DNA of 64,000 bases from NCBI RefSeq assembly GCF_006345805.1, contig NC_043013.1, positions 9,610,001 to 9,674,000 on the forward strand, in the 5' to 3' direction. The position numbers and the translations under genes were made by a program. The notes below the pieces were generated by a model, which saw only the letters and a list, made by a program, of their open reading frames with translations, ran no database searches and was not told the DNA's origin. Of this stretch, positions 49,636 through 62,530 are shown in pieces. Each line of letters opens with the position of its first letter. Positions within the stretch are counted from its first letter, which is position 1. This DNA is from Octopus sinensis. Lineage: Eukaryota.

Positions 49636-50189
49636 TGAGAGAAAAGTCTCAAATATAGAAAAGATATGTTAAACACGAAAGAGATTCAATAGATATTAAG
49701 AAACACGTGGGGTAAAAAGAGTGGGGTAAAAAATACACATAGTAATATACATATATGATTCTTCATTCTGTCTATCATCTATCTATCTATCTATCTATCT
49801 ATCGCCGTTATCAAATTACGGAAAGAGCGCTAGGCAATTATGTGCATAAATTCAAACTTGTTACCAGTTCAAATACGCTTGATGTATATTTGAACCCGTA
49901 AGAAAGTCATTCATTGTATTTTGTCATGGAGAATACTTCTCGGTGCAGACAGATAGGTGTTAATCAAATCAGTTCGCAGCCACCCACCATGTAACCACGC
50001 TGGTTGTGGTATGCATTTCAGAGTGATTATCTCCTCTTTCCAGTAACAGGTTTGTCAATTTAATGTCTATTTAATCTATTGATTTTTGGAATAATATTTA
50101 TCATAGTGTATTAAAATTTCTTCTATATAATATAGATAATGTCTTTCACTATTGAATTGCTTAATAGAGGTTATTTCTCTTAATTATAT

Positions 50190-50375
50190 ATATCACGTGA
50201 TCACGTGACCGACCAGACCATCAGATGTTGTTACACATCGCTGATCACAATGCATTCGCATTGTTTTAGCCTTCGAATGACGCCACCCCGCTGGCTAAGC
50301 GAGCAGGCCAACAGAAGAAAGAGTGGGCGAAAGAGTGCTGAAAGAGTACAGCAGGGATCACCCCACCCCCCTGCA
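50190..50375 (-). mobile_element. SINE family C subtype, 3' part
   Basis: TCACGTGATCACGTGACCGACCAG.. is shared with 27443-27560. Confidence 0.75.
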
Positions 50376-50879
50376 TATGTGTGTGTGCGCGTGCCTGTGT
50401 GTGTATACAATGAAATCACATAAAGGAACAATAAAATTTATAATAACAAACAGCAAGAGGACATGCACGAGGAATGTAGTAGTTTGGCGCTGGGTAAAAA
50501 GAGAGAGTTTTTGACGTTTCGAACGTAGCTCTTCGTCGGAAAGGAGAAAGAAATGGTGGGATTTTTTTTCATTTTTTGATTTGTTTTGGGAAAATGGTAA
50601 ACAGGGTAGGGCATGCTGAGGAAAAGAAATTGTGTCGTAAATTTGTGTTGTGATTCTGAATTTCGTATGGGACATATGGCACGTGACCCCAGTCTTGGAC
50701 GAATTATGAATCTACTGTTAAGTTCGTTTGGGCAATACTTGTGGTATATGCTCCACATTGTAACAAATGATGTAGCGCTCACGGCGGCGCTGGAGAGAAT
50801 AAAGATTCCATGTTTTAAGGCGGTCCCAATAATATTCTGATCAAAACACACAGTTCTAAAGATATTATTATACATCGTT

Positions 50880-51322
50880 GGGATCTTTTCGGTTTGAACG
50901 GCAGTTTTTAAAAATATTTTCCACTTAACTAAACACTTTTAAACTTCGTATACTGGTAGAATGTGTTTATAAAACATCTTTTTCTCTTGGCTTTATTGAG
51001 AAAATTCTATAGTTTGTAAGATATTTGTTGTTCTTTTTTCTTTAATTTCTGCAATTTCAACCAATCAATGACGTCTATTGAGGTAAAAAAAAACATTCTG
51101 TGCCGTATGAATATATCCCTCGTTTAAGAAATAGATTGGGTTTATTTACATTTGTGAAGAAAAAAGATACCCTCCCCACCCCTAACCCTAACACTAACTA
51201 ACCCTAACTAAACCTAACCCTACATATTGAAATGCAATAGATCGATACTAGGGTCATAATTATGGGTGAAAATTTCATATGACACCGCTAGAAAAAACTG
51301 CCGGTCAAACCGAAAAGATCCC
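50880..51322. mobile_element. 443-bp MITE with about 30-bp TIRs, 6-bp TSD and internal (CCCTAA)-like repeats
   Basis: Left GGGATCTTTTCGGTTTGAACGGCAGTTTTT, right AAAAACTGCCGGTCAAACCGAAAAGATCCC; ATCGTT at 50874-50879 and 51323-51328. Confidence 0.9.
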
Positions 51323-51927
51323 ATCGTTGTGTCATTGACGCGCAGGAAAAAGTGGTTCTCTACAATATATGGCCCTAAATGTTACTCAAATTTGTTCCAC
51401 CGTAAATTAGAGTTTAGGTCAGAGCAGCATGGGAAAGTGCTGTAAGATTACTACTGAGATTTTCACATCTTAATTAAAATAATTATAGTCAGTGTTTGAC
51501 ACTGTAGTTATGGTGCATTATTAATATTTGACATAATAATTATACTAACTTACGTTTTGGCATTACAGCTATGGTATCCTTGTTAGATGTTAATATTTTT
51601 TAAAACTAAGATTATCGTATTTTCAATTTGTAGATATTATAACGTAATTAACTTTTGACATATTAATTACGGTGACTTGGTTAAAGTTTTGACGTATTAA
51701 TTAAGACGATGTAGTTAAGCTATAACAGGTTAGTTATAGTAACATTTTAAAGGTTTGGTATTAGTGAATTAGTTTGACAGGTTGTCAATAAAATGGGGGT
51801 CGTTTTTCTAATATAACATTAATTTGGCAACTTTATTTTCCATAGTTTAAAGTTGCTTCACATGAATTTTCTTGTTAATTCATTTGTTCCTAATAATTTT
51901 GAGAAAATGAAGACGATTCAGATATAC

Positions 51928-52335
51928 TCCTTTACTCTTTTACTTGTTTCAGTCATTTTGACTGCGGCCATCCTGGAGTACCGCCTTTAGTCGTGCAAAG
52001 TGACCCCAGGACTTATTTTTTGTAAGCCTAGTACTTATTCTATCGGTCTCTTTTGCAGAACCGCTAAGTTACTGGGACGTAAACACACCAGCATCGGTTG
52101 TCAAGCGATGTTGGGGGACAAACACAAACACACAATCACACATACACACATGTATATACATATACACACATACGACGGGATCTTTCAGTTTCTATCTACC
52201 AAATCCACTCACAAGGCTTTGATCGGCCCGAGGCTATAGTAGAAGACACTTGCCCAACGTGCCACGCAGTGGGACTGAACCTGGAACCATGTGGTTAGTA
52301 AGCAAGCTACTTACCACACAGCCACTCCTGCGCCT
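51928..52335 (-). mobile_element. SINE family A, full length
   Basis: Complete minus copy ending CCACTCCTGCGCC. Confidence 0.9.
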
Positions 52336-52971
52336 ATGTATAAAAAAAAAAAAACAAGAAGAAAAATCTTTAATTTGATACTATGAATGAAATCATTAAA
52401 AAACAATCTGTTTTATCAGTCAGAATACGATAATTATTCATATTTCTACATTATAAGCATGAAGCTAGTTGTTTTGTTTTAGTACCGAAGTAAAGAATGT
52501 CACTCAGAATTTCACATGAAGTCATTCGTTACTGAAGTTTAGAATCAGCCAAAAGAACGAAGCTTGCCGTAAGAAATAACTTTATTACATTAGAAATGAA
52601 TTTTTTTTTTTCAGTTTAAGTAATATTAGTTTTGCCATTGGTAGAAGACCAAGAATTTGGTCTGAGTAGTTTAGTTTATTCTACGAACTCAATACTTAAC
52701 TGGTACTTATTTTATCGATCCCGGATGTGCACATGCATATAATTTGCATATGCATGCAAACTTATGTTTGTGTGTACGTATAAACACACTCAACTATGTT
52801 AATAGTTAGATAAGCAGATACGGTTTATATCGTGAACGGGTACAGGTGCGTGGCAAAGTGAGTAGGATATTAGGCTTATGATGATCGTAAAGTCGTAAGT
52901 TCAATTCCTGGCGGCGAAATTTTCTTTCCTCGAGAGTTCTGGACCCCAATTATGAACTCATTTGTATACAG

Positions 52972-53017
52972 CCACTCAGAGCTCAACTGGTGTCCACCTA
53001 GTCACGAAAGTACTCTG
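52972..53017 (+). CDS. Weak candidate exon (TQSSTGVHLVTKVL or HSELNWCPPSHESTL)
   Basis: Acceptor CATTTGTATACAG|C, donor CTG|GTAAGT; two frames open; not linkable to the other candidates. Confidence 0.25.
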
Positions 53018-53304
53018 GTAAGTTCAGTGGAAAAGCTGCGTTATAGAAAATCGAACTGTTCTAAACGGGTTAATAGGGGTGAGAAATGTGAAATTTAGTG
53101 TATAAAGTGAATGGGAAGCTGCTCACCGACGATGCCATAAGTGTTGCTAATTTGCGTAATTTACTTTGAAATATAAATGAGTGTAGTTTCCTAATTTTCC
53201 GACTTTGTACATTCCTAATTTTAAGTGTTGGTGTTGATCTGGAAACATCTTAATCAATATGGCGTTGTGTCGTACTGCGCCCTCCTTACATAATATCTAT
53301 TTCT

Positions 53305-53435
53305 TTACTACTTACAAGGGGCTAAACACAGAGAGGACAGACAAGGACAGACAAACGGATTAAGTCGATTATATCGACCCCAGTGCGTAACTGGTACTTA
53401 TTTAATTGACTCCGAAAGGATAAAAGGCAAAGTCA
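53305..53435 (-). mobile_element. SINE family B, 3' part
   Basis: B1 tail and core on the minus strand. Confidence 0.8.
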
Positions 53436-53469
53436 ATGGGTACATGCAGTATCACTAATCTCAGTCTGA

Positions 53470-53640
53470 GCATAGGTACCTAATGTTAGCTCCATATAGA
53501 GATGATGCTCAATTGATCTATGAGGATGGTGAGGTAGAATGTGGTGCTTATATGAGACCTGCTATGCTGTACTCACAGAGTGCATGCACCATTCTACGCC
53601 TGACTGGCTGTACTGTAGTAGTACAAAGTATGTGGATTTT
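53470..53640 (+). mobile_element. RTE-like LINE fragment
   Basis: GEVECGAYMRPAMLYSQ resembles the RTE KGRLYxACVRxAMLYGSE motif. Confidence 0.4.
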
Positions 53641-53699
53641 CAAGGTGAGCCCTGATTGGCTGTAATCAAATGAGTTCATTACTGGGGTCCGGAACTCCC

Positions 53700-54352
53700 G
53701 TGGGCAAAAAATTTCGCTTCCCAGCGAGCGTCGTGTTCTTGAGCAAAACATTTAATTTTACTTTGCTCCAGTCCACCCAGCTGGCAAAAATGAGTAGTAC
53801 ATGTATTTCAAAGGGCCAGCCTTGTCACATTCTGTGTCCCGCTAAATCTCCTTGTGAATTACGTTAAGGGCACACATGTCTGTGGAGTGCTCAGCCACGT
53901 CCACGTTAATTTCACGAGGGGGATGTTCGGTTCATCGGATCAGCTGGAAACCTCGTCGTCGTAAGCGACGGTGAGCCATATAACTGATTGGGTGATATGG
54001 ATGCCTTTCATATTGCACGTACGTATGTATGCATTTAAGTATGCTAGGTCAATCTTAGTGCTACGGGTAACATATTACTCCGTACAATAGTGGAGGCGTG
54101 TTGCTTGGTGGCCAGGGTATTCAGCTCACACTTATGCTATTGTGTGTTCGATTCTCGGCGGCGCGTGGTGTCCTTGAGCAAGGCACTTTATTTGACATTG
54201 CTCCAGTTAATTCAGATGGCAAAACTGAGTTGTACTTGTGTTTCAAAGGGCCAGCCTTGTCACATTCTGTGTCACGCTGAATCTCCTTCAGAACTATGTT
54301 AAGGGTACACGTGTCTGTGGATTGCTCAGCCACTTGCACGTTAATTTCACAA
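53700..54352 (+). mobile_element. Two SINE family C (long-tail) copies
   Basis: Copies at about 53700-53970 and 54090-54352, homologous to 19556-19865. Confidence 0.8.
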
Positions 54353-54867
54353 GCAAGCTCCAGCATGGCTGCAGTCAAATGACTGAAACAAATAAAAGAA
54401 TAAAAGAATATATATGTATATATATATATATATATTATATTAAATTAGAGATAAAACCACTATTAGGCAAATCAAACAGTGAAAAACGTAAGCCAATACA
54501 TAGAATTAATTTTAAAATATAAAAGTTAAAAATAAAAAATTATTTAAATAATTTAACCTTATAAATTTTATATATATATACAAATATATATATATATGTA
54601 TGTATGTATATTTTTATATTTATATATTATTTTATTTATTAATTAATTTATTTTTAAATTTTTATTTTATTTTATTTTTTTTTATTTAATATCAAAAGTA
54701 TTAAAAGTTTAATAAAAGATAAAGAGTAAAACACTACGATCGTTTCATGGCTGTACCAATTCGAATAACAATAATTTAAATTCAATTAAAACTTAAAACT
54801 TAACAATTATGATTATATCAAAATCGATTATAATGTTAAATATTAATTTTAATTTATAAGGTAGGAA

Positions 54868-55109
54868 ACGCATCTAGAAGAACGGTGTGATATGTTGTGG
54901 AGGTCACTATTATAAACTCATGGGAGTGATCATCTACATGGATGCTCAGTATACTAGAAATTGAAACCAAATCTCTTTTTCTTTTTCAAACAATTCGCCC
55001 CACTCACAAGAAACTTATATTACTATATTACCAGCCGCACATATCTATCACACTCATATATTACATACATTATGTATGAATGTATATATGTATGTACGTA
55101 TGTATGTAT

Positions 55110-55172
<63 letters not shown>

Positions 55173-55226
55173 CATACATACATGCATACATACATACATA
55201 CATACATACATACATACATACATACA

Positions 55227-55259
<33 letters not shown>

Positions 55260-55350
55260 TCATACATACATACAAACATTAAATTTGCTCGAGTCTCCGT
55301 GGTCAGTGTAGAAAGCAAGAACAAATAAGTGTAGTGTTGATCTATGTAGA

Positions 55351-55411
<61 letters not shown>

Positions 55412-55840
55412 AACAACAACAATAATAATAACAACAGCAACAATACTAAAGGGATACGGTCATTTTGTAAGCTGGACGGGGTTGTAGCGTTCTTGAAAAT
55501 CCGTTTCACGTTGCTATGCAAATTACACGCCGAAATGAACACGGCGTGAAATGGTGAGAATTTAAAAGCCCGTCACCGGCGAAGCGTGTAAACAAAGGAC
55601 AAGTGAACGTCCATTGGTCATTCAAACTTGTATATCTTAAATCCCTGTCAAGTTCTAGCTAGTTGAGTCGATATATGAAAAGTATTGAACTCCTGGTCAA
55701 TTTATTTGACAGCTATGACGCATCTAGAACAACGGTGTGATATGTTTTTGAGGTCACTATTATAAACTTATGGGAGTGATCATCTACATGGATGCTCAGT
55801 ATACTAGAAATTGAAACCAAATATCTTTTTTTTTCTCAAA
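54868..55840 (+). repeat. 123-bp direct repeat pair (54868-54990 and 55718-55840)
   Basis: ACGCATCTAGAA..GGATGCTCAGTATACTAGAAATTGAAACCAAAT occurs twice with few substitutions. Confidence 0.9.
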
Positions 55841-55869
55841 TTATACTTTGTCCTACTAAAATCAATCCT

Positions 55870-56045
55870 TTCAATTTTAGGGACAAGGCCTGAAATTTTA
55901 GGGTATTGGGCTAGTCGATTACATTGACTCCAGTACTTGACTGGTTCTTATTTTATATTAAAGGCAAAATTAACTTCGGCGAAATTTGAACTCAGAACGT
56001 GAAATCGGACTAAATGCTGGTATGCATTTTGTCTGGTGTGTTAAC
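55870..56045 (-). mobile_element. SINE family B (diverged)
   Basis: Reverse B core with B2 tail. Confidence 0.7.
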
Positions 56046-56824
56046 AATTTTGTCAAAGACAGTGTGGTCACTACTGGAACCCATGTGGTCAGAGGTGTGT
56101 TGATTCGGAGAGAGGTTTTGGCCAAATAAAATAAGTAGAAGAAAAAGATGAAGGTAAAAAAAAACGTCTCACTGCAGTTTGCTGTGGACAAAACAATTCT
56201 CGCTTTGGACAATTTGGTGTAAGAACACTATGACCAACTCAAATGGTCGATGTATTTCAAGCTTCTAAGCTTTCGTCAGTATCAGATATCAAGTGAGGCA
56301 ACTTCATCCTCCACTTCCCCCTCGTCGTCCTCTTCATCTTCCCCCTCGTCCTCCTTCTTCTTTTCCCCATCGTCCTCTTCGTCCTGGTCCCCCTCGTTGT
56401 CCTCTTCTTCTTCCCCCTCCTCCTCCTCCTCCCTTCTCCGTTGTCTGGTTGGAAAGCTTTGTTTTCTGTGTTTTTTTGTCTTTGTTAGAAATCAGTAAAT
56501 ACTATTAACTTAACGTAGACTTGAACCGAGAGATCAAAACAGACAACTGGTATGTGCACGGATCAGTAACGGAAAATAAGCCAACTTAATGTATATACAA
56601 CGTTGATAGGCCATATACTGAGATATTCTTCGTGAGGTAACATCTGTTATCGACGTGCTGTGCTAAAATCATTATTACACAAGGATATCCTTTTAGCTTG
56701 CGGATGAAGTATATTATTTATTTATCGATCGTGAAAGGTAAACGAAGTCAATCGGGTGAGATTTGAACTTAGAAGGTATCTACGTATTACCCTTCTCAAG
56801 CTAAAACGACATCCGGTATATATA

Positions 56825-57038
56825 TCCTTTCTTCTAAAGGCACAAGGCCTCAAATTTGGGTGGCAGAGTGAGGGGATAAGTCGATTAAATCGACCCCAGT
56901 ACTCAACAGGTCATTATTTCATCGATCCCGAAAGGATGAAAGGTAAATTCGACCTCGGCAGAATTTGAACTCAGATCGTAAAGACGGACGAAATGCCGCT
57001 TAGCATTTTGTCCGGCGTGCTAACTATTCTGCCAGCTC
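56825..57038 (-). mobile_element. SINE family B, full length (B2 tail)
   Basis: Reverse B2 tail, core and head. Confidence 0.85.
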
Positions 57039-57354
57039 GGTTCCTTGATATCCGTGTATAATAATGATAATTTATTACCTTAGAAATTTCAGACGTAGAT
57101 ACTCTCATAATTATGATTGACATATAGTCACAAGGGCAAATTGGTCGACGAGTATAATCATTCTCAGTGGAATTTGAACTCAAAATATAATAGATAACTG
57201 AATACTGCAAAATCTTTTAGTTCCCTAACGCTTAAAGGCAATCCAACCAGTCCCATCACCTAATGAAAGCTTAATAACTTCCAGTTTCTTTCGAGTCTTT
57301 GTTTTTAATACTTACATGTCTTATCTTGAAAAAGTTTTGAAAGCGCACCATGTC

Positions 57355-57875
57355 TCCTCGTCGTCGTCCTCCTCCTCCTCTTGTTCTCCCTCTTCTTCTT
57401 CTTCTTCCCCCTTCTCATCCTCCTCTTCATCATCCTCTTCATCCTCCTGTTCTTCCACCTCCCCCTCTTCCTCCCCCTCTCCCTCCTCCTGTTCTTCCAC
57501 CTCCCCCTCTTCCTCCCCCTCTCCCTCCTCCTGTTCTTCCTCCCCCTCCCCTCTCCCTCCTCCTGTTCTTCCACTTCCTCCACTTCTGCCTCCACCTCTT
57601 CCACCACCTCCCCTTCTGCCTCCTCCTCTTCCACCTCCTCGTCTTCTGCCTCCTCCTCTTCCACCTCCTCCCCTTCTGCCTCCTCCTCTTCCTTCTCATC
57701 CTCTTCATCTTGCCCCTCGTCTTCCTCCTCCCTCTCCTCGTTGTCCTTGTCCTCGTCCTTGTTTCTCCTCCTCCTTCGTAGAGGTAGTAACAATAGTAGT
57801 AGTGGTGGTATCATTATTATTACTATCTTTATTACTATTATTATTATTATTGTTGTTGTTGTTGTTGTTGTTATT
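57355..57875. repeat. (CTC/CTT)n polypyrimidine array followed by (TAT)/(TGT)n
   Basis: Source of the long poly-Ser/Pro/Glu ORFs; no splice or domain support. Confidence 0.9.
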
Positions 57876-58006
57876 GAAAATAGTTTGTTTCCTTTAATCT
57901 TCTTGGAGTTTTGTTTTATCTTTATGCGTATTGCCTATTCTCACAGAGAGTGAAAATAGAGAGAGTGGCTAGAAATAGAGATAGATATAGAAGACAAGGA
58001 GGCATT

Positions 58007-58075
<69 letters not shown>

Positions 58076-58675
58076 ATATATATTGGGCGTGTGACTGTGA
58101 GTATAAGAGTGTGTGTTGAAGCACAAAAAAAAAGTGATGAAGAAGATATACAGAAATAAACGAAGCAAACAAAACGAAAGCAAAGACATAAACGAAGAAA
58201 GTAAATAAAACGGAGAGGGGCCCCGAAATACTGAAGTGGTGGTTGCGTTTGATGTATTCAGCGCTTGTATTTGAACGTGAGAGCGGTAAAATGTTATCGC
58301 TGGTATTTTTATAAGGCAACAAGAGGGGACCCCGACAATCTTTTGTCAACGACTACCAAATCACTCCTTTAGACATTTCTTGAGTGACGGACATCCTTTT
58401 GAACTGACCAGCAACAGATTGCAGTTTCTCTTGGAAGATAGACCCATAAAGTTCAGCTTGCAGTTTTTTAAAGACTAAACGTAAGCATAAGCTAATACAA
58501 GTACATAGGCAAACAGACAAACACACTCACACATACGCACATACACAGACAGACACATACACACACAAACACACGCACACACTCACAGACACACAGACAC
58601 ACACATACACACAGAACCACAAATGTAGATTGGTTTATAAACGTGGGAATGTGTGAGTGTCTGTGACAGTGCATA

Positions 58676-58722
<47 letters not shown>

Positions 58723-58934
58723 ATATATGTGTGTGTATATGTGTGTGTGTATATATGTGTGTGTGTATATATGTGTGTGTGTGTGTGTCTGTGCATGTGA
58801 CACGTTCATGCTTGTGTGCGTCTGCGTCTGTGTATGTATGTGTGTATGTGAGTGTGTGTGCCTATGTGTGTATATAATATTTCTTAAGAGTGCACTCTCT
58901 TGAAACTGTTTAATTCTCCTCGAAACAAAAAAAA

Positions 58935-59160
58935 ACACTCACACACACACTCACACACTCACACACACTCTCACACACACACATACACATACACACTCAC
59001 ACACACACACATACACACACACCACAACACACTCACACACACACACTCACACACACTCTCTCACACACACACATACATACGCACTCACACACACTCACAC
59101 ACACACACACTCTCACACACACACACATACATACGCACTCACACACACTCACACACACAA

Positions 59161-59190
<30 letters not shown>
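58935..59190. repeat. (CA)/(CACT)n compound microsatellite
   Basis: Degenerate CA array. Confidence 0.9.
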
Positions 59191-59191
<1 letters not shown>

Positions 59192-59773
59192 GAGGCACAT
59201 TCACACAGAAACCCGAGCGCGCACTCACATATTTACATAGGGTTCTTAACCTGTTTGTTGTTCTTGTTGTTGGTGTTGTTATTATTTTATTGTCTTTGAC
59301 ATGCTCTGACATTCGTTGTTGTTGCCGTTGTTGTAGACGGTACCGACCCCGTATGTCTTTGTTCTTGTTCTACGTTTTGTAGTTGTAATCTACCTTAGTA
59401 ACAGAATGGTTTACGATCTGCTGCGAGTTTATCTGTCGGAAAAGGTTGAATAGGATGAAAGGACTACGAGTAAATACGAGCGAAGGATGTATAAGATAGA
59501 GTAGAAAGTTGGAGTGGTCGGGTAGCTAGGTTATGAGAGAGGGATGGTAACAGTAGGAGATATTATATGGACTTCTCAGGAGACGGAGCAACAGTATAAA
59601 AATATAGGGATTGTTGAATATCCACGCAGGCATCGTGTATGTATGTATGTATGTATGTATGTATGTATGTATGTATGTATGTGTGTATGTATGTATGTAT
59701 GTATGTATGTATGTATGTATGTATGTATGTATGTGTGTATGTATGTATGTTATCTTCTGTCTTTAATTATTTA

Positions 59774-59935
59774 GGCGCAGGAGTGGCTGTGTAGTAAATA
59801 GCTTGCTTACCAACCACATGGTTCCGGGTTCAGTCCAGCTGCGTGGCACCTTGGACAGGTGTCTTCTACTATCGTCACAGGCTGACCAAAGCTTTATGAG
59901 TGGATTTGGTTGGCGGAAACTGAAAGAAGCCCGTC

Positions 59936-60022
<87 letters not shown>

Positions 60023-60217
60023 GTGTGTGTGCGTGCGTGTGTGTGTGTCGATATGTTTGTTCCCCAACATCGCTTCACAACCGATGCTGGTGTGTTTACC
60101 TCCTCGTAACTTAGTGGTTCAGCAAAACAGACCGATAGAATAAGTATTAGGCTTATAAAGAATAAGTCCGGGGGGGTCGATTTGCTCGACTAAAGGTGGT
60201 ACTCCAGCATGGCCACA
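59774..60217 (+). mobile_element. SINE family A, near full length
   Basis: Begins GGCGCAGGAGTGGCTGTGTAGTAA. Confidence 0.9.
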
Positions 60218-61334
60218 GTATGTTTTGATGCATGTATGAATCTATCTGTCTACCTATCTATCTGAATCTTTTTGTCTGTCTATCTATCTATCTATCTGTC
60301 TGCCTATCTATCTATCCATCTAGCTATCTATCTAAACACACATATGCAGCGTGAGTTCGTATTGATGAAGCGCACCTGTCTATTTGCATGTGTACTCACA
60401 CAGAGAGTAATCTCAAGTGTTTGCACAGTCCTATATTCAAATAAATATATGCGACATGTCTAATGTAATATATAACTTGTATGCAAGCTTGTTTATGTAG
60501 TTGAGAGATTCGTTTCATAACCACGTCTTTTCATGTTTGGTTCTATATTCCATTTACGCGATGATTTAGCTCAACTTCTCTTCTCATGTCATCAGTTTGA
60601 CATAAAGTCTACGAAATAGAGTTCAGTGTAATCCGAAGGTAATCGCTGGGTCATCGAAGTAATAATATGCAAACAGATGCGAGAATCAATGTCTGTCTGC
60701 CTGTCTTTCTGTCTGTCCGTCTGTATGTGCGTATGCATGTATATGTATATGAATGTATGTATATATGCATGTATATACACACACATATATGTATACATGC
60801 TAATGAACGAAACTCTCGGCCCTTGAGTTGCTCTGTTACTTCTGCTAAATGTATACTGTGCTCCAGCATGGCCGCAGTCAAATGACTGAAACAAGTGCAT
60901 ATATGTATATATATATACATATATACATACATATATATATATATATATGTCCTGTTTTTACCATTTTTTACCCCTCTGCGAAAAGATCTCAGAATTTTAA
61001 TTGATTTGCTTTCGCAGGAAGGAAAGTTTTCTTGTCGAAGATACGTCTCGCTTTTATCCTTCGAAACGTAGAGTAGATGAAACCTTTAGCGACTGAAGAA
61101 GGGGTTTTTTCTTTGTGTTAATTGTCCTGTACTCTATTTTTTTTTTCTGCTATATTTTTTTTTGCTGTTTTTAAAAAAATGTCCAGTTCCTTTGGTTTGT
61201 GTCTATGTTTTCGTTTCTCTTTGTGTTCGACGTCCCTTTGGTGTCCTGTACTCATATATGCGTGTATATGTACATGTAGAGGTAGGTACGTACATATATG
61301 TTTATATATATGCATATTTTTATTTTATTTATTA

Positions 61335-61373
<39 letters not shown>

Positions 61374-61374
61374 T

Positions 61375-61735
61375 CTGGAGTGGCTGTGTGGTAAGAAGCT
61401 TTCTTCCCAGCCACATGGTTCCAGGTTCAGTCCCATTGCGTGGCACCTTGGGCAAGTGCCTTCAGCTATAGCCTAGGGCGGACCAAAGCCTTGTTAGTGG
61501 ATTTAGTAGAAGGAAACTGAAAGAAGCCAGTCGTATATATATATGTGTGTGTATCTGACAATCGGTGTTGGTGTGTTTGCGTTCCCGCAACTTAGCGGTT
61601 CTGCAAAATACACCGATAGAATAAGTATTATGCTGAGTATTTCGTGCATTTGTATGACTACATCTGGGGTCGATTCATTCGATTAAAAGTTCAACGCGGT
61701 GCTCCAATCTAAGGACTCAAACAAGTAAAAGAGTA
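61375..61735 (+). mobile_element. SINE family A (diverged 3' end)
   Basis: Head, CORE-like region and 3' half present. Confidence 0.85.
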
Positions 61736-61946
61736 AACGAAGAATATTTGAAATTGTATGAAAAAAATTAAACCATTTTGTTTATTGTCGAAATATAAGG
61801 TATTTATTGCTCATAAATTTTAACAATAAAACCTTATATGGACCCCCAACAAGAGTTATAGTGACCCTAGTTGAGAATCATTGATCCATGCAGATGCTGG
61901 TCCTCCTGCAAGAAGCAGCCAAATTTCTTTAGATCATCGTCTACCG

Positions 61947-62293
61947 CAGTGGCTCTCAAACGGGGTCCGTATGACCCCTGTGGGTTCATATAAGATTTTG
62001 GTGGTCCACGCAGCAAAATAGTTCATTGGGAACAAATAGTGCTTCATGGGATCCTGAAAAAATGTTGCCGTAGATGTATGTATTGGTATATTGCAAGAAA
62101 CAGCTGCGATTCTTACTCTAGCATTTTACATAGATCAACAGATACATGCTAAAGTGTGTAAGATAAAATATGAATTTTGAAAGAAGTTTCTATAAAACTA
62201 GTTTTTAAACATCGAATGGCTATGGGGGTCCACCAGGATAAAAAAGTAATCAAAAGGGTCCATAGATTAAGAGAAAATGGTTGAGAATCCTTA
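61947..62293. mobile_element. hAT-Charlie-like MITE
   Basis: Starts CAGTGGCTCTCAAAC, ends GGTTGAGAATCCTTA (decayed GGTTGAGAACCACTG). 8-bp TSD GTCTACCG / GTCTGCCG. Confidence 0.75.
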
Positions 62294-62470
62294 GTCTGCC
62301 GTCTTAAAAAATGGAAGGCTACATTAGACGACGTTGTTTCGAACATCTTCCATTACGGGTCATAAGCTGATTGATCGGAGTCTAAACAAAGATATTCACT
62401 AAGTATTCCCGCTGTGGAGAGAGATGATATAGGACATGATATAGCAGTAGTCATATAAGTAATAAAAGCT

Positions 62471-62530
<60 letters not shown>

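Noticed and set aside
50438-50875. 145-aa minus ORF next to the MITE
   Set aside because: It overlaps a PLE-like relic and low-complexity sequence, and no motif is recognised.
56250-56295. Hammerhead-like CTGACGA-AAGCT/AGCTT-GAAAT on the minus strand
   Set aside because: Stem II forms but stem I does not pair; at best a decayed relic.
57118-57140. 10-nt match to miR-153 (ATAGTCACAA)
   Set aside because: The seed and 3' end differ, and no precursor hairpin is evident.
57305-57953. Long ORFs of 143-193 aa rich in Ser/Pro/Glu/Arg
   Set aside because: Trinucleotide-repeat translations open in several frames on both strands, with no splice or domain support.
61055-61105. Permuted (type II-like) hammerhead, GAAACGTA..CTGAAGA
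   Set aside because: No stem I complementarity, and stem II is weak.
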